Origin: Bacillota bacterium
GTDB taxonomy: Bacteria > Bacillota > Dethiobacteria > Dethiobacterales > Dethiobacteraceae
Direction of reading: 5' to 3'
Assembly: GCA_012521345.1 (NCBI GenBank)
Contig: JAAYMN010000066.1
Span: 5,376 to 69,375 of the forward strand
Length of the DNA stretch: 64,000 bases
Below, piece after piece: positions 18,301-25,841 of the stretch (position 1 is the first letter of the stretch; the number at the start of each line of letters is the position of its first letter). The notes beneath the pieces are model-generated. The model saw nothing but the letters and a program-made list of their open reading frames with translations, had not been told where the DNA came from and searched no databases. The position numbers and the translations under genes are program-made.

Positions 18301-19506
18301 TTATTGCTGGTAAGTGGAAATTACCAAGAACATGGGAAGATAAAGGGCAATGACCATCACTGCAATTATTCCGCCAACACCAATAATCATTACCGGCTCT
18401 ATCAGGCTTGTCAGCCCTTTTGACAAAGCCGCCGCTTCCTGCTCGTAAAAATCGGCTACCCGGTTTAACAACCCGGGCATATCCCCTGTTTCCTCCCCCA
18501 CCGAAATCATTAGCGTCACCATAGGCGGGAAAAGGCCGCTTTCCTTTAGAGGCCGGGCTATATTCTGACCTTCCCTGATACAGTCCATTGCATACCGTAC
18601 AGCTTCCTGTACCAGACTGCTTCCTGCAGCCGGTCCTGCCGTCTCTAACGCCTGCAGGACAGGTATTCCCCCGGCAAGCAGGGCGGACAGCGTTCTTGTA
18701 AAGCGGGCAATTACGGTTCTCTGAACAAGGGGACCCAAAACCGGGATTTTAAATTTCAGCCGGTCGTAAACATGCCGGCCGGGGCCGGCAATATATACCC
18801 GAAGTCCCGAGACAAGCAGTACCCAACCTAAAAAGTAAAAATACCAGTAAGCTCGCAAAGTATCACTGAGGGCAATAAGAAAGCTCGTCAGAAATGGAAG
18901 CTCATAGCCTTCCGGGTAAAACCCTACAAACACCGGTACGATAAAAAGCAGCATGGCAATCATCAGCAGGAAGGCAAATACCAGGACTAATACAGGGTAA
19001 AACATGGCGGCACGAATATTGTCTCGCAGCATTTTTTCGCTCTCCAGCTGCTGCGACAGCTTGACCAGAACCGCCTCCAGCGTGCCCCCCACTTCCCCCG
19101 CATTTACCAGTTCGACATATATCCCGGAGAAAATGTCCCGGTAAGCCCGCAGCGCCTGGGAGAGGCTCATACCGCCTTCCACGCTCCTTGCCACTGCAGG
19201 AAGGACCTTGCCTAAAACAGGTGTCGTCGCCTGCTCCCCCAGGATATAAAGGCATCTGGTGAGCGGAATACCCGCACTTAGCATTGCCGCCAGCTGCCGG
19301 CTGAAAAGTGCCAATTCCCCGATACTGACTTTCCTTTGCAACGGGAAAACTTGACCCCAGGCTGGAGTTTTAACTTCATTTACTTCTAGCGGGATGTAGC
19401 CAAGTTTAAACAAACGTGCAGCAGCAACCAAGTCGCTTTCCGCTTCCAGCTTTCCTGAGACCACCGCACCACCCTTATCAAGCGCCTGATATGCAAATAG
19501 CGGCAT
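18301..19506 (-). CDS. pilC: Type IV pilus inner-membrane platform protein PilC (GspF family)
   Basis: Duplicated T2SSF domains (FSRQLAAMLSAGIPL... / FTRTLSALLAGGIPV...) and three TM segments. Confidence 0.95.
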   Translation of the reverse strand: MPLFAYQALDKGGAVVSGKLEAESDLVAAARLFKLGYIPLEVNEVKTPAWGQVFPLQRKVSIGELALFSRQLAAMLSAGIPLTRCLYILGEQATTPVLGKVLPAVARSVEGGMSLSQALRAYRDIFSGIYVELVNAGEVGGTLEAVLVKLSQQLESEKMLRDNIRAAMFYPVLVLVFAFLLMIAMLLFIVPVFVGFYPEGYELPFLTSFLIALSDTLRAYWYFYFLGWVLLVSGLRVYIAGPGRHVYDRLKFKIPVLGPLVQRTVIARFTRTLSALLAGGIPVLQALETAGPAAGSSLVQEAVRYAMDCIREGQNIARPLKESGLFPPMVTLMISVGEETGDMPGLLNRVADFYEQEAAALSKGLTSLIEPVMIIGVGGIIAVMVIALYLPMFLVISTYQQ

Positions 19507-19698
19507 TAATGCCCTCCATTTCTATTTTTATTCTGTATATACAACATTTTCCATATATATTTCGCCAATAAAGCCGATTCCCCTTCTGGATATCATACAT
19601 ATAAATACATTTTATGTAATATTTTATCATTATGTCTAAATTTGCTTTTTACAGGTATAACAACATTAAAAAGTTGAGTTTAAAGGAGGAAGACAATA

Positions 19699-20082
19699 AT
19701 GGGCAGACTGATTCGCAGGGCACAAAAAAATCAACAAGGCTTCACCCTTGTTGAGCTGATGCTGGTCGTTATCATTATTGGTGTACTTGTGGCCATCGCA
19801 GTACCCATTTATGGGAATGTAACCCAACAGGCTGCAGACAAGGCCCATGAAGCCAACAAGAGAGTATTGCTAGGTGCAGCACAAATGTTGTATGCCGATA
19901 AGGGTCCGGCTGTTGCCGGAACATTTACGAAAGAAGAACCAAAAGAACTTGAAGATTATATCGAAGAATGGCCTGAACTCCCTGAACGTCGCAGCGAAGA
20001 TACCGACTGGACAGGTTATTCTGTAACCCTGAGCGAAGACGGCACTGTCAAAGTGATTAACGCAGGCGGCAGTGAAAATTAG
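19699..20082 (+). CDS. pilA: Type IV major pilin (PilA-like)
   Basis: Strong SD (AAAGGAGGAAG). Leader MGRLIRRAQKNQQG|FTLVELMLVVIIIGVLVAIAVPIY. The gene is 127 aa and divergent from pilC. Confidence 0.9.
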   Translation: MGRLIRRAQKNQQGFTLVELMLVVIIIGVLVAIAVPIYGNVTQQAADKAHEANKRVLLGAAQMLYADKGPAVAGTFTKEEPKELEDYIEEWPELPERRSEDTDWTGYSVTLSEDGTVKVINAGGSEN

Positions 20083-20249
20083 TACGAAGACTTGCTGAGG
20101 GCTTTGCTGCTACTCATGCTGCAACAGGTTTCACAGCCGTCACGCCGGAATTAACAAATTTTTCTTTTATTTGCCGAGCGAAAGCGTCAATAAATTACTT
20201 CCGCATAATGCTTTGGCTGCTGTTTTGGAGTATGGTTTTTACGTAAAAC

Positions 20250-20291
20250 GGCAAGATACTAAAACCGGAACAGCTGATGTCAGCTGTTCCG
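20250..20291 (-). terminator. Intrinsic terminator ending the TasA-like locus
   Basis: 11-bp perfect stem cggaacagctg(20266-76)/cagctgttccg(20281-91) with a 4-nt loop. On the minus strand it is followed by GTTTTAGTATCTT. Confidence 0.6.
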
Positions 20292-20306
20292 ATCAATTAT
20301 TGTCTC

Positions 20307-20333
20307 ACCGGCAATTAAGCCGGTCTGTTTTTT
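20307..20333 (+). terminator. Weak candidate plus-strand terminator (pilA side)
   Basis: accggc(20307-12)/gccggt(20319-24) stem followed by CTGTTTTTT. The stem is only 6 bp and lies 225 nt after the pilA stop. Confidence 0.3.
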
Positions 20334-21147
20334 AGTTTTCTTCCTTATCACGTATTCTTGTAAGCAGAAAGCCTGTTCCCAGGAAGAAAGCACCGAGTAT
20401 CAATAAGGCAAAATTATATCCTCCGGTTCTGGGCAGGTCGACCCCGGGAGTTTCCGGTGGCAACTCAAAATCAACGTCTTCTCCGTCATCTGCACCGGCA
20501 GGCTCTTCCCCGCCGTCTTCCCCATTGCCCGTATCAGGAGGTACGGGCGGTGAATCTATATCTCCGTCTTCGCCATTATCTTCACCGGGAGGTTCAGGCG
20601 GGTTTTCGCCATTATCGGGAGACACAGGCGGCGAATCATCACCATCAGGCCAGGCGGCAATAAACTTCCAGGCCAGGTCAAGGGATTTCCCCTGATACTC
20701 ATTGCCTGCATCCTCTTTTAGGCTTACGGTAAAAGCAAGGTTTTCCGAAGTACCTGCCTGGATTTCTCCAATCTTGATACTGCTGAGGCCACTGATGGGC
20801 CCGCTGTAAAAAGTCTGATTGCTTCCCTGTTGCGAGATGCTGATATTGACCCCGTGGAAAAGCAGGTCGTCTCCTGCTTTCTTTTCCACTTCAATAAACA
20901 GCATAAACTCCCTTTGGCCGGTGTTGGAAATTCTCAGCGGCGAGGTTTCCGCTTTGCCTGGATACAGGTTGTTAATATTGAAGAACTGTTCTTCTTCCGG
21001 CACTACCTGAAGCCCCTTTTCTGTCCCGATAATCTCCAGGGAAGAGGCAAAGGAATGCTCGGCAAGCATCAGGCCGGCGGAAACAACAATGGATAAAAGC
21101 AATAAATATGTAATTGTCCTGCGCAAGCACACGGAAAATGTTTTCAC
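20332..21147 (-). CDS. Secreted TasA/camelysin-like domain protein with Pro/Asp/Gly-rich stalk and LPXTG cell-wall sorting signal
   Basis: Signal peptide ...AEHSFA|SS. NLYPGKAETSPLRISNTGQREF and ENLAFTVSLKEDAGNEYQGKSLDLAWKF match the camelysin/TasA pattern. The C-terminus is LPRTGG, a hydrophobic helix, then RIRDKEEN. Confidence 0.75.
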   Translation of the reverse strand: MKTFSVCLRRTITYLLLLSIVVSAGLMLAEHSFASSLEIIGTEKGLQVVPEEEQFFNINNLYPGKAETSPLRISNTGQREFMLFIEVEKKAGDDLLFHGVNISISQQGSNQTFYSGPISGLSSIKIGEIQAGTSENLAFTVSLKEDAGNEYQGKSLDLAWKFIAAWPDGDDSPPVSPDNGENPPEPPGEDNGEDGDIDSPPVPPDTGNGEDGGEEPAGADDGEDVDFELPPETPGVDLPRTGGYNFALLILGAFFLGTGFLLTRIRDKEEN

Positions 21148-21151
21148 ATTT

Positions 21152-22261
21152 TCACCCCGTTGTTTGATTTTGGTATCCCGCTTTTGTCTTGTATTTCAAC
21201 ATCGAAAGAGAAAGGGGCACAACATCAATAAAGTAAGTATAGATATACTCTGCAGACAGCACAAAGAATGAATGCCTGGCACCTTTCTCCAAATCATTTT
21301 TATAGTAGACGATTGGTTTCCCAAGTTCATCCGCAGTTTTCAGCAGGTCCTCAAAAGAACTGACAACTATGGTTTTCTCCGGCACAATAGTTGCCTGTCC
21401 GGTACATGAAACAATCCTGTCCTGATGTTTTTTTAATATCATGTTCACTTCTTTTTCCTGCAGGTTTATCGCCTGTTGCACCGGGAAAGTCATCAGTAGA
21501 AATGCCAGGAGCAAAACCAAAGAGACACCTGCGGCAATAACAAATCCAAACCGGGCGGTTTCCACGTACGGCAGGAATACGGTTATATCATCGGTAACGT
21601 TACCGGCTGTCTGTTTTTTCAGTTCACCGCCCACTGTAAATGTATTCCCCCGCAAAGGAATAATCATGGTGGGAACAAGCTCTTCCCTGATTACACTGGG
21701 GCTTGTCAAAGCCTCAATCCTGACTTTATACTGAACCTCAAGGTCAAGGTTTTCGGGAGAAAAATCTGTTTCTTCCCTGATCACACGCGCATACTCAAGG
21801 TAGTCGGCAATGGGGACAATAACGTTTTTACGGATATAAACACTGCCTGAGCCGGAAAAACTCTGAGGCGGCAAAAGTTCATCCGTCCTTTCCCAGACAA
21901 CAAGATTTTCACCGCCGACAGAAGCCTTCAGGGCGGCAATAACGCTATACTCCCCCTTTATCGCCACATTGTCGTCCACATGAAAACGGTATGATAAATC
22001 TGTGGAAATGTATTCAGTCCAGTTGGCAATGTACGCCCTTCCCGGCCCCACTACCGATTCAGGCAGTGTTGCACTGGGCAGCATCTGAACCTGGTAATCC
22101 ACCCAAGCTTCCTGGTTATAGGAATAAAGGGTGGTTTCCTCCACCTTTTCCATGGGAATCAGGTAGCTCCACGAAAGCCCTGCAGCTGATAATACCAGCA
22201 GGAAAAGAAAGACAACAATAACGCTTTGCCTGATTCTTTTTTTTACTTTATATTTCTTCAT
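21152..22261 (-). CDS. Bitopic membrane protein, DUF5305-like (recalled as a partner of SipW-type peptidases)
   Basis: N-terminal TM (VIVVFLFLLVLSAAGLSW), an extracytoplasmic domain of about 200 aa, a second TM (FGFVIAAGVSLVLLLAFLLMTF), then a cytoplasmic tail of about 100 aa. The family name is from memory only. Confidence 0.55.
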   Translation of the reverse strand: MKKYKVKKRIRQSVIVVFLFLLVLSAAGLSWSYLIPMEKVEETTLYSYNQEAWVDYQVQMLPSATLPESVVGPGRAYIANWTEYISTDLSYRFHVDDNVAIKGEYSVIAALKASVGGENLVVWERTDELLPPQSFSGSGSVYIRKNVIVPIADYLEYARVIREETDFSPENLDLEVQYKVRIEALTSPSVIREELVPTMIIPLRGNTFTVGGELKKQTAGNVTDDITVFLPYVETARFGFVIAAGVSLVLLLAFLLMTFPVQQAINLQEKEVNMILKKHQDRIVSCTGQATIVPEKTIVVSSFEDLLKTADELGKPIVYYKNDLEKGARHSFFVLSAEYIYTYFIDVVPLSLSMLKYKTKAGYQNQTTG

Positions 22262-22275
22262 GTCTGCATCCCTCT

Positions 22276-23457
22276 CTAGTGTTCATTGCCGGCAAGAAAT
22301 TGATCTGTACTGCGCCACCCAATAGTAATCCAGCCTGCCCGCGGAATCACATGTATCACTTTCCCCACCACCTGCTCAGCAAGCACAGGCTCGCTGTCTA
22401 TTCTTTCATTGGCATCACCTTTGGTAACGAACATGGGAAGTCCTCTTTCATCTTTCCTGATGTCCACCACACGGTGGGCAATTCTGGCTCCCTCCATCCG
22501 AAAAAGCAGTATGTCGTTCAATTCCACTTCATCAGGTTTAATGCGCTTGATGATGGCGATATCGCCCTGCTCTATAGCCGGTGACATGCTGCCTGAGACA
22601 ACAGCCGTGGGGAAAATGCTAAACACGCCAATTGCAAACCATACGATAAGAACGGATAGAACACTTGCCACAACCCATCCCATGGGACTTTCGCTGTCTT
22701 TTTTGCGGACCCGCAGCACCTCTGATTGGTGCAACTGATAAATCAGCACCAGGCAAAAAACCGTGACAAAAGTACTAACCATGGCATGTGCAATCCAGTT
22801 TAAATCCGGTAAAACCGGAGAAAACCAGTGAAAAGCCGCAAGCACCCCCCGGTAAATGATTGCCGGCAGCGGCCCTGCTAAAGAAGCAAGGTATGATGCA
22901 AGAATATTTTCCGATAACACGGGAATAACGGTATTGCCAACAAACTGGGCCGCTTCCTGAAACGTTTTCAACATAACCAAGCGCCTGAGGGAAAAGCCAA
23001 ATAAAGAATAAATGATACCGGTAAGAACAATCCCTATTACTTGGCGCTTGGCAAATAAAGAATTCATCAACCACGAACGGCTAAGCTCCATGCCCGCCAG
23101 CATAGAGCAAAGATAAAAGAGATTTATTATGATGCCGGTAAAACTGTGATCATACGGGCTGCGCCCCAAGCCTGTCATGAAACCAACAGCAAAAACGGCC
23201 ACTACAGTCGCTATCCCGCAAATCAGCCCTGCCCAACAAAACATTTTCCGGTGGCGAGCTTTCACCATAAGCCTGACCTGGTCCAGCCGCAACCTGATGA
23301 TAAGAGCAAGCAAACCCCAGAAAACGGCAGGCAAAATATAATTTCCCCACAGCCCGGTTAAAAACCGCCCGGAAACAAGATTGCTTGCAAGCAGCATGCC
23401 TATAAAAAAAGCAGGATTCCCATACCCTGCCAGGTACGGGCACCGGTAAGCTTGCAC
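22276..23457 (-). CDS. Fusion protein: polytopic membrane domain (about 280 aa, unknown family) plus C-terminal SipW/ER-type S26 signal peptidase I
   Basis: The C-terminus reads VVSGSMSPAIEQGDIAIIKR...RIAHRVVDI...FVTKGDANERID (Ser/His SipW-type motifs). The N-terminal part has about 7-8 hydrophobic helices. GTG start preceded by GGAGGTG. Confidence 0.8.
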   Translation of the reverse strand: MQAYRCPYLAGYGNPAFFIGMLLASNLVSGRFLTGLWGNYILPAVFWGLLALIIRLRLDQVRLMVKARHRKMFCWAGLICGIATVVAVFAVGFMTGLGRSPYDHSFTGIIINLFYLCSMLAGMELSRSWLMNSLFAKRQVIGIVLTGIIYSLFGFSLRRLVMLKTFQEAAQFVGNTVIPVLSENILASYLASLAGPLPAIIYRGVLAAFHWFSPVLPDLNWIAHAMVSTFVTVFCLVLIYQLHQSEVLRVRKKDSESPMGWVVASVLSVLIVWFAIGVFSIFPTAVVSGSMSPAIEQGDIAIIKRIKPDEVELNDILLFRMEGARIAHRVVDIRKDERGLPMFVTKGDANERIDSEPVLAEQVVGKVIHVIPRAGWITIGWRSTDQFLAGNEH

Positions 23458-23484
23458 AACAGGGAAGACACCTCCGTTATCCGG

Positions 23485-24018
23485 CTACTCTGCTTCCGCT
23501 TCTATTGCATCTGCTCCATTGTTACTGCTTGTATCCCCTGCTACCTGTTCTACTTCCGTCTCCATGACGACCTCGTATTCATCGACTGCTTCTTTTCCAT
23601 TGCCGTCAATTTCTTCTACGCTCTGCTCACTCTCTATTGCTTTATTTTCTTCAATGATTTGTCCGTTCTCATCTTCTTTTTTTTGATCTGTCGTTCTTTC
23701 ATATTCTTCCTCAGCATTTTCTCCTTCTGCTCCTTCTTTTTCTTCTTCTTTAACACTGTTGTCTGCTTCTTCTATATCAACGGCATAGCCGACCCCCGGT
23801 TCAGTATCATTTTCAACAGTGCCCGTTTCCGGCCCGGTCTCTGTTTCCGGAACTGCCCATTCAGTGGTTGTAATGCTTCCCTGCACCCGAAGCGAGTCCT
23901 GCCAGGAAGACAAGCCCACGGGAAGCAAAAAAAGAGCAATAACAAGCCAAAACAATACAAAGGGAGCTTTTTTCAGCAAAATTCTCACCTGACCAGTGTT
24001 TTTGTTTTGCGTTCTCAC
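23485..24018 (-). CDS. Secreted protein with SipW-cognate-like N-terminus and long acidic disordered tail
   Basis: KKAPFVLFWLVIALFLLPVGLSS|WQDSLRVQGSITT is followed by about 120 aa rich in E/D. The start is uncertain (GTG 24018 or an internal TTG). Confidence 0.6.
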   Translation of the reverse strand: MRTQNKNTGQVRILLKKAPFVLFWLVIALFLLPVGLSSWQDSLRVQGSITTTEWAVPETETGPETGTVENDTEPGVGYAVDIEEADNSVKEEEKEGAEGENAEEEYERTTDQKKEDENGQIIEENKAIESEQSVEEIDGNGKEAVDEYEVVMETEVEQVAGDTSSNNGADAIEAEAE

Positions 24019-24038
24019 TTTTCGGCAAGGGAGAGCAG

Positions 24039-24068
24039 CCCGGGGAAAGGGTAAACCCTTCCCCCGGG
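24039..24068 (-). promoter_or_regulatory. Intercistronic GC-rich stem-loop between the putative major subunit gene and downstream genes
   Basis: cccggggaaaggg-taa-acccttcccccggg forms a stem of about 12 bp starting 10 nt after the stop at 24078. No U-run follows on the minus strand. Confidence 0.55.
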
Positions 24069-24077
24069 AGTGTACAC

Positions 24078-24803
24078 TTAAACATTAGGATTAGGTTCTA
24101 CATAATTCCATTGTACGAATTCAAATTCAATTTCAAATTCAACGGTTTGATTTTGCAGACTTACACCATTAAGTGTATTAGGTGCTTCAGGGTTTATCCG
24201 GAAATAAAGTGTGTTCTCGCCGCCTTCTTCATCATCAGCGCCGAACCTGATAGTCCACCCCGGGTACAGTACAACATTTACCAAAGCATTGTACAATGTA
24301 TTTTCAAAATCAGAAAGATTTTCCCAGTTATTATTTATTGGAAGCAAAATTTCTCTGAGAACATTATTATTATCATAAAGCATTATATCAGCTTTGCCTT
24401 CTAAATAGTTGTATAGCTGACCAGGTCCGCCAGTATGCTTGATATTAACAGCCTTTACTTTTGACGGCACAGTACCGGTATTCTCAATCCGGAGAGTATA
24501 TTTTGCCACCGCGCCTGGATACATGTTGTACATTCCAATTGGGAGAGCATTGCCGATAAAAGTTTCGTGATCGGGATACCACGATGTAGGGCCATCGAAA
24601 TTGTCAATAGAAATGTAATGCCACTCAGGTTGATATTTAAAAGGATATGATGAAGCATGCTTGGAATATATCCAAGTGTGTTCAAGCTTACCGGTCTGAA
24701 CTGTTCCATCTAGCATCATAGTATTTGCCCAATATGCATACGCTCCGCCCATTAAACCGAACAACAATACCAATGCCAAAGCAAGAAATTTTACCTTTTT
24801 CAC
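24078..24803 (-). CDS. Secreted TasA/camelysin-superfamily-like protein (candidate major fibre subunit)
   Basis: Signal peptide MKKVKFLALALVLLFGLMGGAYA|YWANTMMLDGTVQTGKLE. MYPGAVAKYTLRIENTGTVPSKV resembles the TasA-family L.PGD...V.N.G motif. Confidence 0.7.
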   Translation of the reverse strand: MKKVKFLALALVLLFGLMGGAYAYWANTMMLDGTVQTGKLEHTWIYSKHASSYPFKYQPEWHYISIDNFDGPTSWYPDHETFIGNALPIGMYNMYPGAVAKYTLRIENTGTVPSKVKAVNIKHTGGPGQLYNYLEGKADIMLYDNNNVLREILLPINNNWENLSDFENTLYNALVNVVLYPGWTIRFGADDEEGGENTLYFRINPEAPNTLNGVSLQNQTVEFEIEFEFVQWNYVEPNPNV

Positions 24804-25045
24804 TTAACCTTCCTCCCTAAATCTGAACTCTAACGCTACCACTGTTTACAATCCGCAAAGCTTACTTAGCTGTTGAAATATTAACCTTTTCCCTCACTCC
24901 CTTCAAAAAACTGTGCGGAACGTGCTCGCATACTGTGTAAAAAGCCCCACTGCATTAATGTAAATGATTGAAGATTATAGGGAGTTAATGGATGCAAGTC
25001 CCCGCACTGCCGCTAACACTGTTTGACAGGTTAGTGGTGAGTAAA

Positions 25046-25564
25046 TTACAATTGCACAAAATCCAGACTAAAGCTAAAACTGCACCGACCGGGCTCAGCC
25101 ACATCCTGGATTGTGATTTGAATACAGCCGGTGGCTGTTTCTCCGCTTTTCAGAACTTCCGGTGTCAGTGTATTTCCTAATACTATGGCGCCGGGCTCAA
25201 GCAGGATTTCAGGTTCAGGAAATAAGGACTGCAGCCTTAAAGGCAAACTGCCCCGGTTGACAATCTCGTAGGCGAACAGGGCATTGTACCCGGGATAAGC
25301 ATCTTCAATGAGAATTGAAATTGTTTTTTCGTCCCAATCGATCCGGAAAGTTGGGTTTTTCAGGCCATCGGGTGTTTTGCTGTGGTTATCAAGCCAGCAC
25401 CTGGTAACTACAGGGTCAATCTTCCCGGTGGATGCGGTAACATTGATTGCGAGTTGGTCCCGCCATACAGCGTAACCCAACCCTAGTACACTGAATACCG
25501 CTGTAAGGGTGAAGCAAAAAAGCCACCCCGGCAAGATTAGCTTTTTCGCGCCTTTATTTCTCAC
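25046..25564 (-). CDS. Secreted TasA/camelysin-superfamily-like protein (paralog)
   Basis: The GTG at 25564 is preceded by GGAGAG. The N-terminus is MRNKGAKKLILPGWLFCFTLTAVFSVLGLGYA|VWRDQLAINVTASTGKID, and YPGYNALFAYEIVNRGSLPLRL follows. The track ORF starts at TTG 25579. Confidence 0.7.
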   Translation of the reverse strand: MRNKGAKKLILPGWLFCFTLTAVFSVLGLGYAVWRDQLAINVTASTGKIDPVVTRCWLDNHSKTPDGLKNPTFRIDWDEKTISILIEDAYPGYNALFAYEIVNRGSLPLRLQSLFPEPEILLEPGAIVLGNTLTPEVLKSGETATGCIQITIQDVAEPGRCSFSFSLDFVQL

Positions 25565-25607
25565 AAGCAGCTCTCCCAAAAAACAGAATTATTATTATTA
25601 AAGAGCT

Positions 25608-25841
25608 TTACTTTTTGGCCCATGCATGCTTTCTGTTTGCCAGGTTTTCACTGCTGTTTGTTACAAGTGCTTCATGCATGAGCAAAATCATTTCCAACAT
25701 ACTGCGGAAATGAGCAGTTTTCTTTTCATCAAGCCATTGGATGGTCCCCTGCCAACTGGTATTTTGTCTGAACTGAATTCTGATAAGGAAAGCCGCCCCA
25801 CCAAGCTTGCGGGCGTTTTCCCTATCAATACTAATGTCCAT
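25608..25841 (-). CDS. Small (77 aa) conserved hypothetical protein, no signal peptide
   Basis: Good SD (GGAGG, 9 nt, ATG). The core FLIRIQFRQNTSWQGTIQWLDEKKTAHFRSMLEMILLM resembles a small-protein family I recall from Clostridia with unknown function. Confidence 0.6.
   Translation of the reverse strand: MDISIDRENARKLGGAAFLIRIQFRQNTSWQGTIQWLDEKKTAHFRSMLEMILLMHEALVTNSSENLANRKHAWAKK

Noticed and set aside
19507-19698. Possible c-di-GMP riboswitch upstream of pilA, by analogy with C. difficile pilA1.
   Set aside because: The region is almost entirely A/T with no GC-paired helices or conserved riboswitch core. It is also too short to hold both a promoter and a riboswitch.
22276-23130. Idea that the polytopic N-terminal domain of the peptidase fusion is a CPBP/Abi-type or exosortase-like protease, which would substitute for the missing sortase.
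   Set aside because: Only a loose E-x-x-R (MELSRSW) and scattered His residues are present. The canonical EExxxR / FxxxH / HxxxN spacing, or a Cys-Arg-His triad, could not be confirmed by eye.
23452-24054. 200-aa plus-strand ORF rich in F/C/I/S.
   Set aside because: It is the antisense frame of the acidic GAA/GAG-rich tail of the 23485..24018 gene. It is low-complexity and has no SD.
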